The translations under genes were made by a program, and so were the position numbers. A DNA stretch of 62,987 bases, counting the filler, from Octopus bimaculoides (Eukaryota), in the NCBI RefSeq assembly GCF_001194135.2. It is 7 parts of 7 records of this genome, joined end to end, with 100 filler letters (N's around TTAATTAATTAA, not from the genome) between each part and the next. Parts side by side here need not be neighbours in the genome. Positions count along the whole stretch, not along the records: positions 1 to 30,337 come from NC_068994.1; 6 more parts are not named here. One strand, 5' to 3'. Position 1 is the first letter of the stretch. The number at the start of each line of letters is the position of its first letter. Positions 1 through 14,262 of the stretch are shown here, piece by piece. The notes under the pieces were generated by a model. It did no database searches. It saw nothing but the letters and a program-made list of their open reading frames with translations, and was not told the origin of the DNA.

Positions 1-257
1 TTTTTTTTAATAATGATGTTGTTGCATTTAATTATTCTGTTGTTTTATTACATTTGAGCGCGTGCGCATTGTAGTTGTTGCTAATGAAGTTATTTCATTC
101 TGATCTTTTTCCCTAGTGAGCCTGTCATAAATATTGCTGGTATTATTTTTTTGTCTGCTATTTTTATTATTATATTTATTATTGCAGATTATTATGGTGT
201 CATTTCTAGCTGCTAGGATTAATGTTGCGTGATGCTGCTCTACATTCAACTATTGAT

Positions 258-295
258 TGTTAATATTATTATTATCGTCATCATCAACGTCGTCG

Positions 296-343
<48 letters not shown>

Positions 344-490
344 CCATTATTCTTGTTATCGTATTTTCATTTCTGGCTACAATTTCCATCATCATGAGCA
401 TTATTGTTATTATCATAATCATAATAATAATAATAAGTATTATTATTATTATCATTATTATTACTATTGTTGCTGTTGTTGTTTGTTGTC
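258..490. repeat. Compound (ATC)/(ATT) microsatellite
   Basis: Direct inspection. Confidence 0.9.
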
Positions 491-496
491 GTCGTT

Positions 497-745
497 GAGG
501 CTTCTATCAATAAATCAGCCATGGGGCAGAATCCTTAGCATGTCGGCGAAAATGCTTGGCAGCTTTCCTTATTTCCTTTCTTTTACATTGCTATCTGGGC
601 CATTAGGGGTCAATATTACCTTTCATCCCTTCGGGGTTTGATAAACAAAAATTACCAGTCAAGCACTAGGTTCAACGTAGTCCATTAATTTCCTTCCCTC
701 CAAATTTAAGGCTTTGCGCCGATAAGAGTAAGAATTATTATTATG
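497..745 (+). mobile_element. tRNA-derived SINE family A, degenerate
   Basis: Shares GGCAGAATC, CTTTCATCCxTxGGGG..GATAA and the (ATT)n tail with the copies at 34223 and 37243. Confidence 0.6.
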
Positions 746-770
746 ATTTTCATTATTATCATCATCAACA

Positions 771-817
<47 letters not shown>

Positions 818-842
818 GTTGTTCAGTAGTTTTATTTTTATA

Positions 843-986
843 ACGTGCGTTCACTTCACTACCGAGCGCAGCTCTGTGCGCCTTGGGTATGTGCTGTGGT
901 TTGCTGTGGTGCTCTTATGTTTACTGTATTGAAAGTGTTTTGCGTAGAATGTCTGCAGTACCCAGTAGTACAATTTTCTGTATGTT
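843..986 (-). mobile_element. 3' end of an R4/Dong-like (RLE) non-LTR retrotransposon
   Basis: The minus strand encodes IQKIVLLGTADILRKTLSIQ* (stop at 921-923), resembling the QKxxLLGTAxILRK C-terminus of R4/Dong-type ORFs. A short 3' UTR runs into (TAA)n; the 5' side is lost in a gap. Confidence 0.65.
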
Positions 987-1093
987 NNNNNNNNNNNNNN
1001 NNNNNNNNNNNNNNNNNNNNNNNNNNNNNNNNNNNNNNNNNNNNNNNNNNNNNNNNNNNNNNNNNNNNNNNNNNNNNNNNNNNNNNNNNNNNN

Positions 1094-1256
<163 letters not shown>

Positions 1257-1461
1257 GGCAGAATGGCTAGCACACTGTTCGAAATACTTCGTGGCATATC
1301 GACTCTTTGTTGGCTCTAAGTTAACATGCCACTTCGGTCGGCATCCCTTCATTTCTGTCGGCGTCGATATAAGCACAATTGAAACAGTTGCTCGACTTAC
1401 CGCTTCCCCGAAATACTTGGCCTTGAGCCAAACATTTGAAACCATTATTAACGCGTAGGTT

Positions 1462-1740
1462 AAGGCGGCGAACTGGCAGAATGATTACCGCGCAATAGGA
1501 AACACTTACCGGTTTCTTCCTGCTCCTTAAAGCTGTGCTCTAATGACACAGAGATGGACTTTGCATTTCATCCTTTCGGAAGCTGGTGAAGCAAACACCA
1601 TCTAATCAATAGATTCGACGTATTCGACTCATCCTACCTACAAAATCTGCTGGGATTACGTCAAATTTAGAAAGGATATAAGCGAGTTGATTTTTAAGAT
1701 CGAGGTCCTATAGCATAATCCCAACTTCCCTGACGCTTTT
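1462..1740 (+). mobile_element. SINE family A, degenerate (another head fragment at about 1256-1400)
   Basis: AAGGCGGCGAACTGGCAGAA head and GACTTTGCATTTCATCCTTTCGG core. Confidence 0.55.
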
Positions 1741-3450
1741 TATGTTGTTTAGCTCTAATTTCACCACCAGCGTAAATGAAACGTGTGATAGAGTGACAGA
1801 AAAGAGACATAATAACAATAATTCTTTCTCCTATCGGTACAAAGCCTTAAATTTGCTGGGAAGGAGACTAAACGACTACGTTGAACCTAGGATAACGGTG
1901 ACGATACGAATCATTATATATTATTATTTAAGGGTTGACTATGATTTAAGGAAGATGTGGCTGTTATTTCATTTAGATTAACTGACCAGGAAGAAGCTAC
2001 TTTTGCAGTTATGTCGATTGCTGACTGGTATGTTTCTGGATTTTCATTTTTATTCTTCTTTTCTTGCTGCATTCTTTTCTTTTCTATATGAAGTTGATGT
2101 CTTTGGTGGTGAAGTTTGTAGTGTTAATAGGTTGTGCAATCATATTGTGATTTGCTTTTCCTGTTCTTTGTATCAAAGTCGTTGCTGGTTGTGTTATTGT
2201 TGGTGATAACGTGATTGTTTCGGCGTTGTAATTGCTGTCGATATTTTAGTAGTGGTTGCAAAAGTTATTGTAGTTTTTGTTGTTGTCATTTTTGACAATG
2301 GTGGCGATGGTGATGATACTGACGTCATTGATTTTAATGTTTAGGCAACAAACATGCTTAATGATTTTTTTTTTCGTTACCGTTCATGCCTCTGTTGTTA
2401 GAAATGATCACGTATTTTTACCTTAATTTTCTTTCGCGTTAGCTGTTTCAGCTGACGTACGCCTTCCATTTTCCTACTAAAAGCTGCCTCTACATAATTT
2501 GCATAATGCATATCCTTTGAAATACGTGTAAAGGACATTATCACTTTCATTTACTATTATGATCCCTAACACAATAGGATTAATTATCTATCAAACAACA
2601 CTAAAATCATCACGAAACGGACAAAAATTTGAATACGATGGCTTCTTTCATATGACTTTATAGATGCATATTATTTGTGAAGTATAGCAATAATGTGACT
2701 TTGTAGAGAATAACTTCTTGTCGTCCATATTGCTGTCACATTCTATAGAATACAATGTGTTTTCATAGTTTTTAGGTTTCACGAAAAGAGAATAGAGAAT
2801 TATGATAACTGTTATCGATTAAGTTTAAACAACTTTCTGTTAAAAAAATTTGGAATAGTCATTAAATTTTAAGTAGCGTTACAATTAATGATAAAAGATA
2901 ATGGAGTAATTAAGGATACGTGGTGATGTATTTAATGATATTCGAATAAAACTCATCATTGAACAGCATCGAAGTTTGATCTTTAGTGAGAAGTGTAAAA
3001 CAGATGTCCAGCGGTATATTTTAGCGACACTCAAAGAAAATAAATGATAAATTGAACAAATTAGTTTAAGAAAATTTATATGTTTAGAGTAAAAGTTTCT
3101 CATCGCGGCATTTAAGACTATAGATACGGTCTTGGTTTTCAAAAATTTAATTCGTACTAACCCTCATGACCGTTCACAGTTTACTCATGTTTTCATGTTT
3201 ACTTTGATCAGTTTCTTACATATCATCTAAGGTAGCTATTTACTTTCATTTTCATTTTACAGTGAAAAATTAAAAGTTTTTTTTTTTTTTTTNNNNNNNN
3301 NNNNNNNNNNNNNNNNNNNNNNNNNNNNNNNNNNNNNNNNNNNNNNNNNNNNNNNNNNNNNNNNNNNNNNNNNNNNNNNNNNNNNNNNNNNNNNNNNNNN
3401 NNNNNNNNNNNNNNNNNNNNNNNNNNNNNNNNNNNNNNNNNNNNNNNNNN

Positions 3451-3489
<39 letters not shown>

Positions 3490-4555
3490 ATTAATTGAAA
3501 ATCTGTGCCCATTGGCTCGTTTATCGTATTTGATTTCTTAATTGTGAAAATTTTTACCAGCCAAAACTATTTTTCTTTCTTTCTCCACAGAAGGATATCT
3601 TTGTTGTTTATAATAGATGTTTCTGTCATTCAGTATAACAAAGACTTCCCTCAAGGAATACAGATTAATTTTGTGAAAATCTCTGCGCTTTTCTTTGAGT
3701 TTCGATAACACATTCTACTGTTTATTGTTTATTTTTTGTCTTTTATCTCTCAAACTAAGAGGCAAAATATAATTCATTGGGAACATTTTTGTGAATCGTT
3801 CATAGAGAACTTCACGCCATAATATAAATATATATGAACATACACACACAGGGAGTCACACAAGCTGATATGTGTGTGGAGATATATCTCTCTCTCACTC
3901 TATATGTGCGTGTGTGCGTGTGTGCGTGTGTGTCTGTGTGTCTGTGTGTCTGTGTGTCTCTGTGTGTGTGCATATATTTATAGATACAGGTAGAGGCAGG
4001 AAGGGACAGATAGACTGACATACAAACCAGAGAGAAAAATAGAAAACGAAACGCAGAAAACGTCACGAATACATATATTTATACTTTTTACTACAATGAA
4101 ATTATCCAGAAATAAAATATTATCTTTTATACATTAGAGTTGTTTTGTTTGCTGCTTTTGTGAAACATACAATAGTATCCATTTATAGTATCAGATGCAC
4201 GTATATTTTTTTCATTGTAGTCATCTGACCTGACAGCATTTTTGAAATCATTACTACAGAGGAAGCCGCATTTCAGTACTTTTGAAGACGCAATGTTCGG
4301 TGTGTGTATTTATTATTCTGTGCTTGACTGAGATTATCCTGCATATAAAATTATATTTCCCGACATGTGAAGTGACTCTTCTCTGTGTATGCAGTGATAT
4401 CACTCTCCATATGCAGTCAGACAGCTATTCATATAAATTCACACTTCTCCACATATGACCGTTACACTTCTCTGCATATAGAGTCATACTTCTATGCATA
4501 TGTAGTGTTGCTTCTCTTTGTAGATATTCACAATTTCTTGCATATGTAACTTCAC

Positions 4556-4711
4556 GTGTGGCTGGATGGTAAGAAGCTTGCTTCCCAACCACATGGTTCT
4601 GGGTTCAGTTCCACTGCGTAGTACCTGACCAAGTGTCTTCTGCTATATAGCCTTGGGCCCACCATAGCCTGGTGAGCGGTATGGAAAGACGGCAGCTGAA
4701 ACAAGTCTGTC
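4556..4711 (+). mobile_element. tRNA-derived SINE family B, 5' half
   Basis: B-box-like GGTTCAGTTCC, core CAAGTGTCTTCT, ends in (TA)n at a gap; matches 32049-32204 and 49301-49690. Confidence 0.8.
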
Positions 4712-4882
4712 ATATATATATATATATATATANNNNNNNNNNNNNNNNNNNNNNNNNNNNNNNNNNNNNNNNNNNNNNNNNNNNNNNNNNNTATATATAA
4801 CAATTTTAACTAGAAAGGAGGACTACACCGTCGACTACATGTCTTTTTTGTTTTTAAAATCCTTTCCCTCTCTCTCTCTCTC

Positions 4883-4928
<46 letters not shown>

Positions 4929-5713
4929 AATCTCTCTCTCTCTCTCTCTCTCTCTCGCTCACCCACTCTATATCTCTCTATCTCTATTTCTATCTATCTC
5001 TCTATCTCTTCCTCTTTTTTATTACTTGTTTCATGTTGCCGCCCAATGGGGCTGAACTCAAAACCATATGGATGTAAAGCGAGGTTCTTAACCTCCAAGC
5101 TTACATGGATTTATGTATTAAATATCGGATAATGGATTATATGTACGCTCGGTGACTTTATTCACTAATCGCTCGATTACTCACCTCACGCAACTGCTAA
5201 TGGCAGTTTTATTACCGCTAAGACAAGTTTAGAATTTGCAACTATTGTAATGATTGATTTTGTGCTCATTCTGTTATTCCTTCACTTGCTAAAACGCGAA
5301 GGCAGCGACCATGATTGAACGCTTCTTAATATGTTTAGTCCTTCTATAACTCAGGGTTTTCATGAAAAATATTCTTCCATAATATTAAAGCCGTCCCGTT
5401 GTTAATTATTACTTAAACGTTTATTAGACTTACTTGTATGTCATCGTTAAAAACTCTATTTTAATTTCTCGATCTATATTCGAAAATTTAGAAGTTAATG
5501 AGTTCTTCCAATTAAATTTTTAATTAGCACAATAATATTACAATATATTTTCTGGAAAACACTTAAGGGAGCAATAAAATTTCTGCTGTAGGTATTTCGA
5601 TTAATTTATTTTCGCAAATAAACAAAGAAAATGAATGAAAAACACAAAGCCAGGCATATGACTTCAAGTAACAACACATGGTAATACATCATTATTGATA
5701 TCGATGTATTTTT

Positions 5714-5790
5714 AAGTCGGCGAACTGGTAGAAATGTTAGCACACCGGACGAACTGCCTAGCGGTATTTTTCTGTCTTTACGTTCAGCAG
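5714..5790 (+). mobile_element. SINE family A head fragment
   Basis: GGCGAACTGGTAGAAATGTTAGCACACCGGACG is similar to other family A heads. Confidence 0.6.
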
Positions 5791-7087
5791 GGAAAACAGA
5801 TACAAAGACAAAAAAAGAGAGGCTGACAGACAGAGAGACAGACAGATTGAGAGGCAGACAGACAGAGACATGGCGAGTAACATTAGCGGCAACGCGCTAT
5901 CGCGGTGTCGTCTACCTAATGTCTTTTAAAAGCATTTTGAACTTACTATGCATTTGACGAAACTTCATAGTCACAGGATAAAGTTACAAATAACATATGA
6001 CGCAACTTCTGCATTAGAGCTTGTCTCAATATTCATTGGGTGTGTGTGTATGTATATATATATATGTAAATATATATATATATATATATATANNNNNNNN
6101 NNNNNNNNNNNNNNNNNNNNNNNNNNNNNNNNNNNNNNNNNNNNNNNNNNNNNNNNNNNNNNNNNNNNNNNNNNNNNNNNNNNNNNNNNNNNNNNNNNNN
6201 NNNNNNNNNNNNNNNNNNNNNNNNNNNNNNNNNNNNNNNNNNNNNNNNNNNNNNNNNNNNNNNNNNNNNNNNNNNNNNNNNNNNNNNNNNNNNNNNNNNN
6301 NNNNNNNNNNNNNNNNNNNNNNNNNNNNNNNNNNNNNNNNNNNNNNNNNNNNNNNNNNNNNNNNNNNNNNNNNNNNNNNNNNNNNNNNNNNNNNNNNNNN
6401 NNNNNNNNNNNNNNNNTGTATTCACAGATGCATGTATTTATGTGTGTGTGTGTGTGTGTGTGTGCGTTTGTCTGTTCGTGCCTGTATAGTTATATCTAGT
6501 ATTTGCCGTATGTGATGTTAATAATATTTATTAGTCTGTGAATCACTGACTGTGAAAATCTTGTTTCAGACAATGGGAACGGAATAAAAAAAAACAAAAA
6601 AAAACAAAAAAACAAAAAAACTAAAACTTCGAAACGAAACAATAAATAAACAAATAAATATATAAAACGTATACAATCCCGTATTAACATTAATTACATT
6701 TGTACGAAATATATTATCAACGTCATACGAATTAATTCGGTCTGTTCACATAAGCACACTATTGAACGCTGCTATTATCAATGAACTATGGTTGTTGTCA
6801 TAATGGTAATATGGTTGGTAGACACTTTAATAGTGATACCGCTGCTGTTGTTTTGTGTTATTGGAGTTTATAATGGCTGTGTTCTTGATAATGGATGTAA
6901 TAATGATAGTGGTGGTGAATGTGATTTAGTTTCTGATAATGATAGCTACAGCGCTGCTGTAGTAATAGTAGAGCTATATATATAACGCAGATTAATGATA
7001 TATGTACGTCCGAGATAAAGCAGTGAATTATTTAATGTCGTCGAAATCAGACACATGCATTTCACTGGTATCATTTGATCGCTATAA

Positions 7088-7510
7088 TGGCGGCTGGCTG
7101 GCAGAATCGTAAAAAAACGTCCGGCAATATACTTAGCGGGAGTTCGTCTGTCTTTGTCTTCTGAAATGAAATAACACCGCCGAGATCGATTTTACCTTTC
7201 ATCCTTCGTTCGTGGTCGATACCAGTTGAATACTGGGATTGATGTCATCTATTTAGCATTGTACCAAATGTAGAAGCCATTATTTGATAGATACAAGATA
7301 CAAAGTCGTCGATCTGCCAGGATTAACACGACGGACAAAAATATATAGCGGCATTTCGCCCTTCTTTGGGCTCTGAGTTCAAATTCTGCCGTGGTCAATT
7401 TTGCTATCTGGGGTCCCTAAAATAAGCACCGATGGAACACTGCAAACGGTGTAATCTGCGACCGTGCTCCCCAAATTTTCAGGACTTGTGGTCCCTAAAC
7501 AAGAAATGCT
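7088..7510 (+). mobile_element. Two adjacent degenerate SINE family A copies
   Basis: Head GGCGGCTGGCTGGCAGAATCG and core TTTACCTTTCATCCTTCG in the first; the second begins at about 7337 with CTGAGTTCAAATTCTGCCG. Confidence 0.65.
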
Positions 7511-7767
7511 TATTATTTGTATGCGCGCGTTTGTGTAGTCGATATCTATATCAGAGAGAATCATAATTAACAGATTCCCCACTATTTTTTTTTTTGCTCA
7601 AAGTGTGAAACTTATCAGCTCCCCTTCCTGTATTTATGTATGTGTGTGTCTGTGTGCGCAAGTGCGTGAGTGAGAGAAAGGGTGTGATTGTGTGTAGGTG
7701 CGTATATGCGTGTATGTATATATATATGTGTGTGTGCGCGTGTCTGTTTTTGTGTATGCTTGTGTGT

Positions 7768-7912
7768 CTGCGTTTTTCCCCGCCACCATCGCCTGACAAC
7801 CGATGTTTGTGTGTTTACGTACCCATGGCTTAGCGATTCGGCAAAAAGGTCCCCATAGAATGGTACTAGGCTTACAAACAATAAGTTCTAAGGTCGATGT
7901 GTTCAACTAAAG
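7768..7912 (+). mobile_element. SINE family B, 3' half
   Basis: CCACCATCGCCTGACAACCGATG..TTCGGCAAAA..GTACTAGGCTTAC matches 33250-33425. Confidence 0.75.
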
Positions 7913-8499
7913 AATGAGATTATATATATANNNNNNNNNNNNNNNNNNNNNNNNNNNNNNNNNNNNNNNNNNNNNNNNNNNNNNNNNNNNNNNNNNNNNN
8001 NNNNNNNNNNNNNNNNNNNNNNNNNNNNNNNNNNNNNNNNNNNNNNNNNNNNNNNNNNNNNNNNNNNNNNNNNNNNNNNNNNNNNNNNNNNNNNNNNNNN
8101 NNNNNNNNNNNNNNNNNNNNNNNNNNNNNNNNNNNNNNNNNNNNNNNNNNNNNNNNNNNNNNNNNNNNNNNNNNNNNNNNNNNNNNNNNNNNNNNNNNNN
8201 NNNNNNNNNNNNNNNNNNNNNNNNNNNNNNNNNNNNNNNNNNNNNNNNNNNNNNNNNNNNNNNNNNNNNNNNNNNNNNNNNNNNNNNNNNNNNNNNNNNN
8301 NNNNNNNNNNNNNNNNNNNNNNNNNNNNNNNNNNNNNNNNNNNNNNNNNNNNNNNNNNNNNNNNNNNNNNNNNNNNNNNNNNNNNNNNNNNNNNNNNNNN
8401 NATATATATGCCGCATTGGTAGAAATCACCCGATTTCAACTCGAAAAATTGAACCAACCAAGCTCTCAATTCTGCATCAGTATGATAGTATATATAAAA

Positions 8500-8860
8500 A
8501 GGAGTGACGCCTAGTATCCTAGAATAAATACTTCTAATAAAATTTATTAACATTGCCTGATTTTCAGCATTTATTTCTACAAGAGTATCTTGCCGATGTG
8601 CCATCTGCAGAGGTAGGATCACCTTATTTTGGTTACTTGTAGAAAGGACCCACTCCACTAGACAGATTTTCTGATGCTGACACAGATATATGTGGACGGA
8701 GTGGTATGTCGTGTATGTACAATTGTTCGTATGTGCGTGAAACAGCGACATCCGTCAGAATTCATAGAATAACGAGAAACTATGGTTGCTCTTTGTGAAG
8801 CATATTTTATCACATCTTGTATCTTGGTCGAAGATTCTGTCATGGATAGCTTGGTTGCCT
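8500..8860 (-). mobile_element. Degenerate Penelope-like reverse transcriptase fragment
   Basis: The minus strand reads HDIPLRPHISVSASENLSS (IPLRP at 8693-8707) and then, after a frameshift, QDTLVEIN..AMLINFIRSIYSRI. These resemble the PLRPIxS and LVSFDVxSLYTNI RT motifs. Confidence 0.45.
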
Positions 8861-9834
8861 ATCATTTGGATGCTGGGGGTCCTTTATGCATCGAGTGACA
8901 TGACTGGTATTACATCAATCCTACGTAACAAGGATTGCTTTTGTTGGGTTACAAAATAAAATATTTGCCATGAATCTGAATAATAAGTCGTCTGAATAAA
9001 ATGTCTTTTCTCAGAGAAATTATAAACTGGGGACTCATTTCAAATATCACTGCTTGACAATGGGGCCAATCTTCAAATATCTCACTCACAGATTCATAAG
9101 ACAGGCGATTCACACTAGAATATGCGTGGTAGATACTTCTTTCCTACACCCTTCGTACGGTATGCTTTAAAAGGTGTTTTTCAACCAGTCTTTACAAATA
9201 TATGTTATTAATGTTAGTTATAAACTGACAATAAGGACGCCAGGGATCTTTTGGCACGTGTTTGGTGATTCTTTCTGCCCCGTAAGGGTCAGTATTTATT
9301 CATTTAATTATCTATCGCATTCAGAAATCTCTCCATCATGTGCAACAAAGCACAAACACGCATGATGTATTCATCATCATCACCATGTTTTTTACTTCGA
9401 CAATTTCTCCACTTCTTCTTTGACAAATATTTAGATCAGAAATCCCACGTTCGAACCACGCTTTAATTCAGGAAGAGGTAATACCATTGTTAGAATAACT
9501 GATGCCGCTTAGAAGGAGATAGGCCCAACACTACGTAGCTACATGATTGCTTGTGGTAATTTTATATGACATATTTCTATGTGAATGTGATACCATTGTG
9601 GCTAATAAAGAAATATTTATTATCGCTAACAATATCTTCTTTGTCACTACAGTCGTCTTACTTTCATTAGAAATATCGGCAAAATGCCGTCAATTATTTT
9701 GTATTTTCGTCCTGTTTATGTCGAGATTAATTTATATTTCAGGTCGGAATAACTGATAAAATAAGCACTGGTTATGTAGTGGCTCATTTTAATTGCCTAA
9801 TAAAATTGTGATATTGTGCCAATTTAAGAAATCT

Positions 9835-10022
<188 letters not shown>

Positions 10023-11186
10023 TGATTATATATTACCTAACAGGTTGGTAATTGCGATTTGCATAAGTTGATTTGGCGTAGGATATTTTGTAAGCGAATA
10101 AGCATTCGAAGAGGCCAAAACTAATTTCAACGAGACTATAAACTGTAGTACTTTTTCCTTCTAATTGGCGATGATTTTCATTCGTTCTAAAGAATGTTAA
10201 TTGAACGATTACAGTCGAAAATACCTGTCATCTAGAGGGTTTTCGCGATATTCGTAAAATGTGTCAAGGGAAAACATCACCACGTTCAAGACAGTACAGA
10301 GGAGATATTTATGTTTCTTAGTTCTAAGTGAGGAAATGAATGTTGTGAAATATATTACAGTTCCATTTCTTGTAATAAGACGAATTGCTCTTTCCGAATA
10401 AAGTAACTTCCTTATTCTTCTAATATCAATATATTGTTATTCAAGAATGTGAGTTATGGATTCCGATATTGGGTTCTGTGGGAATTTTCTCTGCATTATA
10501 TATAGCAGACAGAGAATGAAGTTTTCAACTGGTAACGCGTCGAAATAGCTCTAGAGTGAGATAAAGATCACCAATTTCGAAATGGAAAGAGAAGCAGTCA
10601 CGTAGAAAATACATCACTTACAACGTCATTCCTTCTGGGTGACACGACAAAGATAATTTAATTTCAGTTTAGTTTCTTTTTTATTAAGAATATACTCTTT
10701 AGTGAATTGACCGTACATAAATTTAATGCTGATATTTAGGATGCCAATCTAACAGAGATAGCTAATAGTACTTTTATCTTTATCTTTTTTCATTGGTACA
10801 ATATACTTTCACTCGACAATGAATTACATTTACCACAACGTTGTCCATGCGCATTACTTCAGAGAATGATTAATCTCTTGAGATTTCGTGTCTTATTGGT
10901 TTTAATACAGACATATGGAAAACGCAGGTGAAAAATCACTGTTGGAATCTAGTTGGCTTGACATAAGATTGACAGCGAGACTAATTTGTTGCTGCATGGT
11001 TGGAAGGTGTGTTGTATATGTTTCGTCGATGTGTTCCATTATTGGAGTATTGTATACGTATACAGAAATCGTTGTTGAATGTGAAGCATGTAAGTACTAT
11101 GTCAGTAGGTAACCTTTTCAAATACAGGCGTTAACATAATCTTACACGGACAGTGAAATAAAGCTATGTTGTGCTAAATCAACGTA

Positions 11187-11224
<38 letters not shown>

Positions 11225-11459
11225 CAGAGAGAGATAGGNNNNNNNNNNCTACCTTGATATTGGTTTTATCAGAAAGCAAATCGGAAACATTGTAAGTTAA
11301 TATCAAATGCCAACATGTGATTGAAGTATTGTTCTAAGAGAAAGGTAAAGCTCCAAGTACACAAGATGTAGGATCCGCAATGCAATTCACAAATAGATGT
11401 AAGAGACTATTGTTTGAATAAGATACCAGAAATAACCGGAAATTAGTTGACATAATAGT

Positions 11460-11725
11460 GGAGGCGGAATGGCAGAGTGGTTAGAGCAGCGGACTTGCGG
11501 TCGTAGGATCGCGATTTCAATTCCCACACCTGGCGTTATAAGCGTGTATTGAGCGAAAACACTGAAAGCTCCACGAGTCTCCCGTAGGAGTTTGTGGTGA
11601 ACCCTGCGTACCCTTTCACCACATCTTTCTCCCATTCTTTGTTTCTGTTGTACATCTATTTCAAAGGGCCAGGCTTGTTATACACTGTGTCACGCTGAAT
11701 CTCCCCGAGAACTACGTTAAGGGTA
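11460..11725 (+). mobile_element. tRNA-derived SINE family C
   Basis: A box TGGCAGAGTGG (11470-11480) and B-box-like GATTTCAATTCC (11513-11524) in a tRNA-like head followed by non-tRNA body; not a functional tRNA. Confidence 0.7.
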
Positions 11726-12422
11726 TTCTCGTTCCTCATTTTGCTCACGTCTTTTTTGTATCCTGTACCCATATATGCATGTATATATATNNNNNNNNNN
11801 NNNNNNNNNNNNNNNNNNNNNNNNNNNNNNNNNNNNNNNNNNNNNNNNNNNNNNNNNNNNNNNNNNNNNNNNNNNNNNNNNNNNNNNNNNNNNNNNNNNN
11901 NNNNNNNNNNNNNNNNNNNNNNNNNNNNNNNNNNNNNNNNNNNNNNNNNNNNNNNNNNNNNNNNNNNNNNNNNNNNNNNNNNNNNNNNNNNNNNNNNNNN
12001 NNNNNNNNNNNNNNNNNNNNNNNNNNNNNNNNNNNNNNNNNNNNNNNNNNNNNNNNNNNNNNNNNNNNNNNNNNNNNNNNNNNNNNNNNNNNNNNNNNNN
12101 NNNNNNNNNNNNNNNNNNNNNNNNNNNNNNNNNNNNNNNNNNNNNNNNNNNNNNNNNNNNNNNNNNNNNNNNNNNNNNNNNNNNNNNNNNNNNNNNNNNN
12201 NNNNNNNNNNNNNNNNNNNNNNNNNNNNNNNNNNNNNNNNNNNNNNNNNNNNNNNNNNNNNNNNNNNNNNNNNNNNNNNNNNNNNNNNNNNNNNNNNNNN
12301 NNNNNNNNNNNNNNNNNNNNNNNNNNNNNNNNNNNNNNNNNNNNNNNNNNNNNNNNNNNNNNNNNNNNNNNNNNNNNNNNNNNNNNNNNNNNNNNNNNNN
12401 NNNNNNNNNNNNNNNNNNNNNN

Positions 12423-12473
<51 letters not shown>

Positions 12474-13594
12474 TTCGAACACACACTCACACATTCACAT
12501 TCAATGATAGTCACATCTATTTGATGACCAGCAATAGCGTTGCTTAAAAGCGAGTTTTTCTGTAATAAGAACAAAAGAAATTACTTTCATATGTTTTGCG
12601 TTATACCGAACACAGCGGTCATTAACTATTATAAGAGCCAATGACACTTAGACAATGCCTTGTTCATCCGGGCATATATTGTTTTCCAGACTGCATTATT
12701 CAATATGTCCGCTTTTAAGGCTGGCTGTTATGATTTTTACATATATTGTCTCTTGTTAGGTCGAGGTCACAGTGTCAGACTGGTCAATGTATTCGTAGTG
12801 ATCGTGAGAAGAATTAAATCAATGTCTCCGCTCGATTCACTTCAGTGATATATTGGTTTTACTCTGTTTTTATATTTAACAGACATATCTCATTTCGACT
12901 TAGCTGATTCTTTTTTCTTTAGGGCGATTTATCGAGTGTTTCAAATAGATGTTCCCTTATTCATTAGTAATGGATGACGCTTTATTCGACACGGTAAATG
13001 AATATGAACCTACCACTCGGAATTAAATACATGAATTTATTAAGAAATCATAGCGACCATACCGCTACAGGAGAACATATACATATATATTTCGTCTTAT
13101 CAGGTCATCTCATAAGTTCTGTCTGAATTTTGAATAAAGAAAACAAATAAGTGATCGAATGTTATATTTAATTGCGATTTCATCATCAATGTACTTCCTC
13201 TGATTATCTATGACTTCTTTCCATCAATTTACATGCTTTTACTCCCATCAATGTAAACCTTTTGGGTTTCAAAGCGAAGAACTCAGAAATGTCAGTTTCG
13301 ACCTATTCCTGGTTTCCGAAAGTTATGTCCCGCAAATGATTCTGTAAACTACGAAACAAATGGTAGGCTGAACGAGTCAGGTCGGGAGACTAAGGTGGAT
13401 GATTTTTTTTCCAAACCAAGCTCTTCGATCTTCTGTGATGTGATCTTTGCAGTGTGGGGTCATGCATGGTCCTGATAAAACATCACTCATTTTGATTCAT
13501 TAAAGCGGGTATTTTTTTCTTCAAAGCTTGATCCAAACGCTCTAATTGCTGACAGTAGACTTGAGCATTAATTGTTGCATTAGGTGGTAACAAT

Positions 13595-14262
13595 TCAAAG
13601 TGAATTACCCCTTTGCAAACCCACCAGATAGAGAGAAGAATATTTTTCCCATGAAATTCCCTTCTCGGTTGTGGTTGAACTTTTCCCTGTTACCAAGCCA
13701 TTGTTCGTTTGGAGGGGAAGCTTGAGTTTATTGAAATTATTCATAGCGCGATCTTTTCTCTTGTTCTTGAAGTCTTGTGATACAATTGCCCCTTTCTCAT
13801 CTTCAAAGAGGAATATCTGCCTGATAAGAATCTCAGACACTCCCATGCCCCTGATGATAGACCTGATTGACTTGGAGGGATAGTTGTCAATCAGGGCCTG
13901 GATTTCACCAATAAATTCAGGAGTTCTTTTCTTGTCAGTTTGATCAGATTGATCTTTCGGAGCTGCCGTAGCTTTGTAATCACAATTAGACTCATCTAAC
14001 TCTTTCCGAATCATCTGCACCGTTCTCAGATTGACACCCAAAGATTCTGAAATGTTCGTATTGGAGCTTCCGGCGCGAATACCAGGCGGTACAGCAAGTC
14101 GTCTTTCAAGTTTCTGGCGAAGTTAACTTCGTCATGGTGCTACTTTTCGCATGGACGGTGCCCAACTGACCCTTCTATATAGTGTAGTTGACTAAATCAA
14201 AAACAATGTGCATGCGCGAAATAAGAAATATAAAATGGCAACAGTTTAACTATCGCAACCTA
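13595..14262 (-). mobile_element. Tc1/mariner-superfamily (probably maT-like) transposon 5' relic
   Basis: ATG at 14135, then ..LGVNLRTVQMIRKEL..RTPEFIGEIQALIDNYPSKSIRSIIRGMGVSEILIRQ, an HTH region typical of these transposases. It has an early stop, no catalytic domain and a candidate single TIR at about 14235-14262. Confidence 0.7.

Noticed and set aside
11460-11535. tRNA-like sequence
   Set aside because: The cloverleaf is degenerate and continues into a SINE body.
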